Assembly (NCBI GenBank): GCA_025060975.1
Contig: JANZKA010000004.1
Location: forward strand, 1-62,595
Direction: 5' to 3'
DNA length: 62,595 nucleotides
DNA from: Candidatus Culexarchaeum nevadense
Lineage (GTDB): Archaea > Thermoproteota > Methanomethylicia > Culexarchaeales > Culexarchaeaceae
The first letter of the stretch is position 1. Every line of letters starts with the position of its first letter. Positions 58,578 through 62,595 of the stretch are shown here, piece after piece. The position numbers and the translations under genes are program-made. Below the pieces are notes generated by a model. It ran no database searches and had not been told where the DNA came from. It saw only the letters and a list, made by a program, of their open reading frames with translations.

Positions 58578-59095
58578 GTAAACACCTCGCTTACCTTATA
58601 ATATGCAACCTCACATTGCCCATTTACTATTGCTAAAACCATTTCTTTTTTTAAACTCTTTGCTGTTGCCACGATTTCTTTTAATTCATTTAAACTTATT
58701 GGTTTTCCTTCAACAACTCCATATACTATAATGTTTGCAGGATTCTTTCCCACTTCAGCTCCTTTCTCATATACTCTAAACGATGTACCCCCAAATCCAC
58801 TTTTTACGATGTACCCTCTTCTACGAAGATCAGAATAAATTACGTATTTTATCCATACTTCAGGGTCGTATCTCAAGAAGTAATGTAGTAACTCGTTGAA
58901 CGATAAGAGTCTATTATCTAAATAAACTTTTATTTTTCCATTCTCAACAAGATATAAAGTTTCAACAGGGAGAAGTGTCAATCTCCCTTCATGGAGTTCC
59001 CCATAAAACCCCATTTTCCACAAATGTTCAGCATCTCTACCGTATACCACTGTTTTCTCATTAATCAAAATAGCTATTGGCACTTCACTATCCAT
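58574..59095 (-). CDS. endA: tRNA-splicing endonuclease, probable structural (beta) subunit
   Basis: L.PVETLYLVE.GKI, VIYSDLRRRGYIVKSG, MVLAIV...VAYY; catalytic Tyr/His not evident. Confidence 0.85.
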   Translation of the reverse strand: MDSEVPIAILINEKTVVYGRDAEHLWKMGFYGELHEGRLTLLPVETLYLVENGKIKVYLDNRLLSFNELLHYFLRYDPEVWIKYVIYSDLRRRGYIVKSGFGGTSFRVYEKGAEVGKNPANIIVYGVVEGKPISLNELKEIVATAKSLKKEMVLAIVNGQCEVAYYKVSEVFT

Positions 59096-59128
59096 AAATA
59101 TCACGATATACGAATAAATATAATAAGA

Positions 59129-59671
59129 ATGGGGAATATAAATAAAGCTGAAGAAATCGTTGCGGGGATAAATAGATTTCTTGAAGGGTTCAAGAAAGCA
59201 GTTATCATGGGTATTGGAAACGAGTTGAGAGGAGATGATGCAGCTGGTTTAAAGGTTATTGAATTATTGAATGAGAAAATTAAAAAATGGGACTATGCAG
59301 ATAACTTTGGTTTGATAATGTTGTTAAATTGCGGCATGGTTCCAGAAAATTTTCTTGGTAAAATTGAAGCGTTCTCTCCTTCCCATATAATTATAATCGA
59401 TGCAGTAGAAATGAGTAAACCACCTGGCACCATTGGCATCTTCAGACGAGAGGATCTTCTACATTCAACAACAATATCAACACACAACATTTCACCTGAA
59501 ATCTTATTTGCATACTTTGAGGAAATCGTTGGGGCAAAAGTTTTATTGGTAGGTATTCAACCTAAAATTCTAGATTTTTATGAAGGATTATCTCAAGAAG
59601 TATATAAATCAGTTGAGCTTATCGCAAATGTTATATGGAGGGTGATCATCGCATATGGGAAAACTACCTAG
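59129..59671 (+). CDS. hycI: Hydrogenase maturation protease (HycI-like)
   Basis: MGIGNELRGDDAAG, PEN, IIDAV, STH, GIQP. Confidence 0.9.
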   Translation: MGNINKAEEIVAGINRFLEGFKKAVIMGIGNELRGDDAAGLKVIELLNEKIKKWDYADNFGLIMLLNCGMVPENFLGKIEAFSPSHIIIIDAVEMSKPPGTIGIFRREDLLHSTTISTHNISPEILFAYFEEIVGAKVLLVGIQPKILDFYEGLSQEVYKSVELIANVIWRVIIAYGKTT

Positions 59672-60698
59672 AACTATAATTTGGGAAAATGGAATAGTGA
59701 AAATGGTTGATCAAACATTACTGCCAAAAAAGTTGAAAATAATAGAATGTAGAACAGTAGATGAAATATTGGATGCCATAAAAAGCATGAAGATAAGAGG
59801 GGCCCCAGCTATAGGAGTTGCAGCAGCTATGACAATCGCTATGGTAGCTAAACAAAATGAGAATGAGAGTAAACAAATCCTCATAAGCAAAATATATGAA
59901 ACCATAGATAAAATAAGAAATTCAAGACCAACTGCTAGGAACCTTTTTTGGGCAATCGAAAGAATCATCAAAGTTATAGATTTAAGAAAAGATTCTATCC
60001 AAATAGTAAATGATATCATTAATGAAGCCTTAAGAATAGCTGAAGAAGATGTCTTAATGAATATGAGAATAGGTGAAATTGGTGAAAAATTGATTAATGA
60101 CGGGGATAACATATTAACCTATTGTAATGCTGGAACATTTGCAACAGTTTATTATGGTACCGCCCTCGGAATAATACGATCAGCATGGAGAAACAATAAA
60201 AAAATACATGTCTTTATTGCTGAAACAAGACCACAACTTCAAGGTGCAAGGATAACAGCTTTCGAATTAAAAGCAGAAGGAATACCATTAACATTAGTAA
60301 CGGATAATGCAATAGGTTTTTTAATGCAAAAAAAGAAGATAAGTAAAGTCTTTGTGGGTGCCGATAGGATATTATGTGATGGGACTATTTACAACAAAAT
60401 AGGCACATACACCATTGCAGTACTTTCCAAAGTCCATAATATACCATTTTATGTGGCAGCCCCCTCCACAACATTCGATTTGCAATCAAGGGTAGATGAT
60501 GTAAAAATAGAAGAAAGAAGTGCTGATGAAGTTGTTAAAGTATTGTCAAGGTACCGTATAGCCCCAAAGAGTATAAACGTATTAAACTATGCATTTGACA
60601 TAACTCCTCCCAGCTATGTAACTGGCATAATAACCGAGAAAGGTATAATCTTACCTCCATTTAATGAAAATATACCAAAAATATTAGGGATCTCATGA
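59655..60698 (+). CDS. mtnA: S-methyl-5-thioribose-1-phosphate isomerase (eIF2B-like family)
   Basis: DQTLLP, IRGAPAIG, SRPTA.NL, CNAG, ETRPQLQGARITAFEL, NKIGTY, AFDITP. Confidence 0.9.
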   Translation: MGKLPRTIIWENGIVKMVDQTLLPKKLKIIECRTVDEILDAIKSMKIRGAPAIGVAAAMTIAMVAKQNENESKQILISKIYETIDKIRNSRPTARNLFWAIERIIKVIDLRKDSIQIVNDIINEALRIAEEDVLMNMRIGEIGEKLINDGDNILTYCNAGTFATVYYGTALGIIRSAWRNNKKIHVFIAETRPQLQGARITAFELKAEGIPLTLVTDNAIGFLMQKKKISKVFVGADRILCDGTIYNKIGTYTIAVLSKVHNIPFYVAAPSTTFDLQSRVDDVKIEERSADEVVKVLSRYRIAPKSINVLNYAFDITPPSYVTGIITEKGIILPPFNENIPKILGIS

Positions 60699-60781
60699 AT
60701 CATCCCTTTAAACTAAATTTTAAGATTAAACAAATATATTAAGCAAACAAGTAAAATATACTTTATGATAGTATGTGAAAT

Positions 60782-60866
60782 GCGGGGGTTGCCGAGCCAG
60801 GTTAAAGGCGGCGGACTCAAGATCCGCTGGCGTAGGCCTTCGTGGGTTCAAATCCCACCCCCCGCA
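60782..60866 (+). tRNA. tRNA-Leu(CAA)
   Basis: GCGGGGG/CCCCCGC-A, GCGGA-CTCAAGA-TCCGC, long variable arm. Confidence 0.97.
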
Positions 60867-60898
60867 CTAATTTACCATCGTACTATGTTAAATACCAA

Positions 60899-61447
60899 TC
60901 AACCTAATATTCTAATGACTCTAACATTTTCCAGTGGTATTTTATTAGTTCTAAATAGGTTTATCAATGAATAATAAAAAGTATTGAAAAGTGTTTCAAT
61001 GGGTATCCTTCTAAGCCCACGAATGTGTGAAACATTCAAATTTACTATCTCATCAGTAATTATTTTTATTGAAAGAATGTAATGATCAGACCAACAGTAT
61101 TTCTTAACATTTGTATCAAGATAACAATATTTTATTTTTATTTCAATAAATATTATTTTCTCTTTTAAAATATTTAAAAAACTTTCTTTATTTTTTTCAA
61201 AACTTTTTGATAATTTCATTTCAAATGAGTCACTATATATGCGAGTAACAAATATTTGTGCAACACCAGAAACTTCATGAGTCTTATTTGAAACAGAAAG
61301 AGAGATGTTTTTTAAAACTCCATTTAGTGAGAGTAAACTTTCTATTATGAAATTTTTTAATAAACCGTTAGTATTTTTTGCTTCAATGTAGCATGAAAAA
61401 TGACAATGCTTAGGTATAATAGTCTTCCGCATCGTGATGCATCCCAT
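60899..61447 (-). CDS. Hypothetical protein
   Basis: 182-aa AT-rich ORF whose ATG overlaps the upstream stop codon. Confidence 0.6.
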   Translation of the reverse strand: MGCITMRKTIIPKHCHFSCYIEAKNTNGLLKNFIIESLLSLNGVLKNISLSVSNKTHEVSGVAQIFVTRIYSDSFEMKLSKSFEKNKESFLNILKEKIIFIEIKIKYCYLDTNVKKYCWSDHYILSIKIITDEIVNLNVSHIRGLRRIPIETLFNTFYYSLINLFRTNKIPLENVRVIRILG

Positions 61448-61824
61448 TATTGTAACTCTTTCAATATACGAATAAGTCTTTCAATAATTGACAGAATATT
61501 GTTAATTTTATTGGGGTCATTTATATCATTAATTTCTTCTAACATCATGTTAATTTTATTATATATTTTTTCTTTTAGATTTTCAACGTATATCTTAAAT
61601 TCAAATTTATTTGTAATACCTCTTTCTAAGGCTTCACCTTTTAAATCTGTTTCAATCGACAAAATAACTCTACGTTTACATGAGGGGCATATTATAATTC
61701 CGTTTTTTAACCTAAATAATGGAACTTTACAGTCAGGACATATATATGATAGCATTGTGGCTCCTTCCTTTAATAATTCGGCCATTTCTTTAATTTTTCT
61801 GTCACTATTTCCACTGCCGCTCAA
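61447..61824 (-). CDS. UPF0148 / autoantigen p27-like Zn-ribbon protein
   Basis: MAELLKEGATML..CPDCKVPLF....G.IICPSC. Confidence 0.88.
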   Translation of the reverse strand: MSGSGNSDRKIKEMAELLKEGATMLSYICPDCKVPLFRLKNGIIICPSCKRRVILSIETDLKGEALERGITNKFEFKIYVENLKEKIYNKINMMLEEINDINDPNKINNILSIIERLIRILKELQ

Positions 61825-61912
61825 TTATGTGCACCTAAATAAATATTTAATTTTGGGATATAATTATAAATTTGTCAGTATATTTATGCATATGTATTAA
61901 TGGTGATCAGAC

Positions 61913-62167
61913 ATGCTTGAAAGTAAAGTTCAACAAGCTATAGCATTGTTACAGTCAATAGTAAATGATACGGGAGTTCCGAGAAACATTAGAGGAGCTG
62001 CAAATAACGCCATAAAAATGTTACAAAATGAAAAATTAAGTTTAGGGGTTAGAGCTGCTAATGCTATTAACATACTGGAAGACATATCACAAGATCCAAA
62101 TATGCCGCTTCATACAAGAGTTAGGCTATGGAGTATAATATCTGTACTGGAAACAATAAAAGATTAA
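61913..62167 (+). CDS. UPF0147 family protein
   Basis: [38 protein letters not shown]. Confidence 0.92.
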   Translation: MLESKVQQAIALLQSIVNDTGVPRNIRGAANNAIKMLQNEKLSLGVRAANAINILEDISQDPNMPLHTRVRLWSIISVLETIKD

Positions 62168-62204
62168 AATAATCGATTGAGAAAAATTATAGGATTAGAG
62201 GTTT

Positions 62205-62278
62205 GCCGGGGTAGCTCAGCGTGGAAGAGCGGCGGGCTGTTAACCCGTTGGTCGCAGGTTCGAGTCCTGCCCCCGGCG
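62205..62278 (+). tRNA. tRNA-Asn(GTT)
   Basis: GCCGGGG/CCCCGGC-G, GCGGG-CTGTTAA-CCCGT. Confidence 0.97.
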
Positions 62279-62333
62279 CTATAAACAAAACTATTTAAAT
62301 AAAAAACACGAAAATAAAATAGTAAAATGTAAA

Positions 62334-62409
<76 letters not shown>

Positions 62410-62484
62410 AAAAATCATTAAATCAACTGATATAAAAGTAAAAAATAAATAAGAGGAGTTTATGGATATGGTTAGGTGAAAGTG

Positions 62485-62595
62485 ATGAGTGTTTATGGTG
62501 GTCAACCAATATTGTTACTTAAGGAAGGCACTTCAAGAACCATTGGTAGAGACGCTTTGAGAGCTAATATTATGGCTGCCAGAATTTTAGCTGAA
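62485..62595 (+). CDS. ths: Thermosome (group II chaperonin) subunit, 5' fragment
   Basis: [37 protein letters not shown]; runs off the window. Confidence 0.93.
   Translation, partial: MSVYGGQPILLLKEGTSRTIGRDALRANIMAARILAE

Noticed and set aside
247-60112. Numerous 60-200 aa ORFs antisense to or nested in identified genes
   Set aside because: They are shadow frames of well-conserved genes and have no motifs of their own.

Overview
AT-rich core-genome segment of an archaeon. The gene order, the structural splicing-endonuclease subunit and non-canonical tRNA introns suggest a TACK/Thermoproteota-type lineage (inference). Information-processing genes: the RNA polymerase operon (rpoB end, A', A'', L30e, NusA), S12/S7/EF-1a/S10, L3-L4-L23-L2, pheS/pheT, hisS, rtcB-archease, SRP RNA and SRP54, many RNA-modification genes and the start of a thermosome gene. 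Metabolic genes: carAB, two 2-oxoacid:ferredoxin oxidoreductase sets and an MvhDGA-type [NiFe] hydrogenase. There are 13 tRNAs, 6 with introns, 2 of them at non-canonical positions. No CRISPR array, rRNA gene or intact mobile element was seen. Most notable: (1) four conserved genes appear to start at non-canonical codons (ATC nusA, ATT rpo4, ATA trmY-like, ACG dph6); (2) a delta-less korABC set forms one apparent operon with mvhDGA, with no Hdr in the window; (3) the SRP RNA Alu domain carries an extra hairpin; (4) an inversion separates rps12 from rps7; (5) a decayed tyrosine integrase lies behind tRNA-Ala; (6) an orphan C5-cytosine methyltransferase overlaps a SPOUT-like gene; (7) an unannotated 50-aa protein has four CxxC motifs. 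All calls come from motif recognition by eye; no searches were run.
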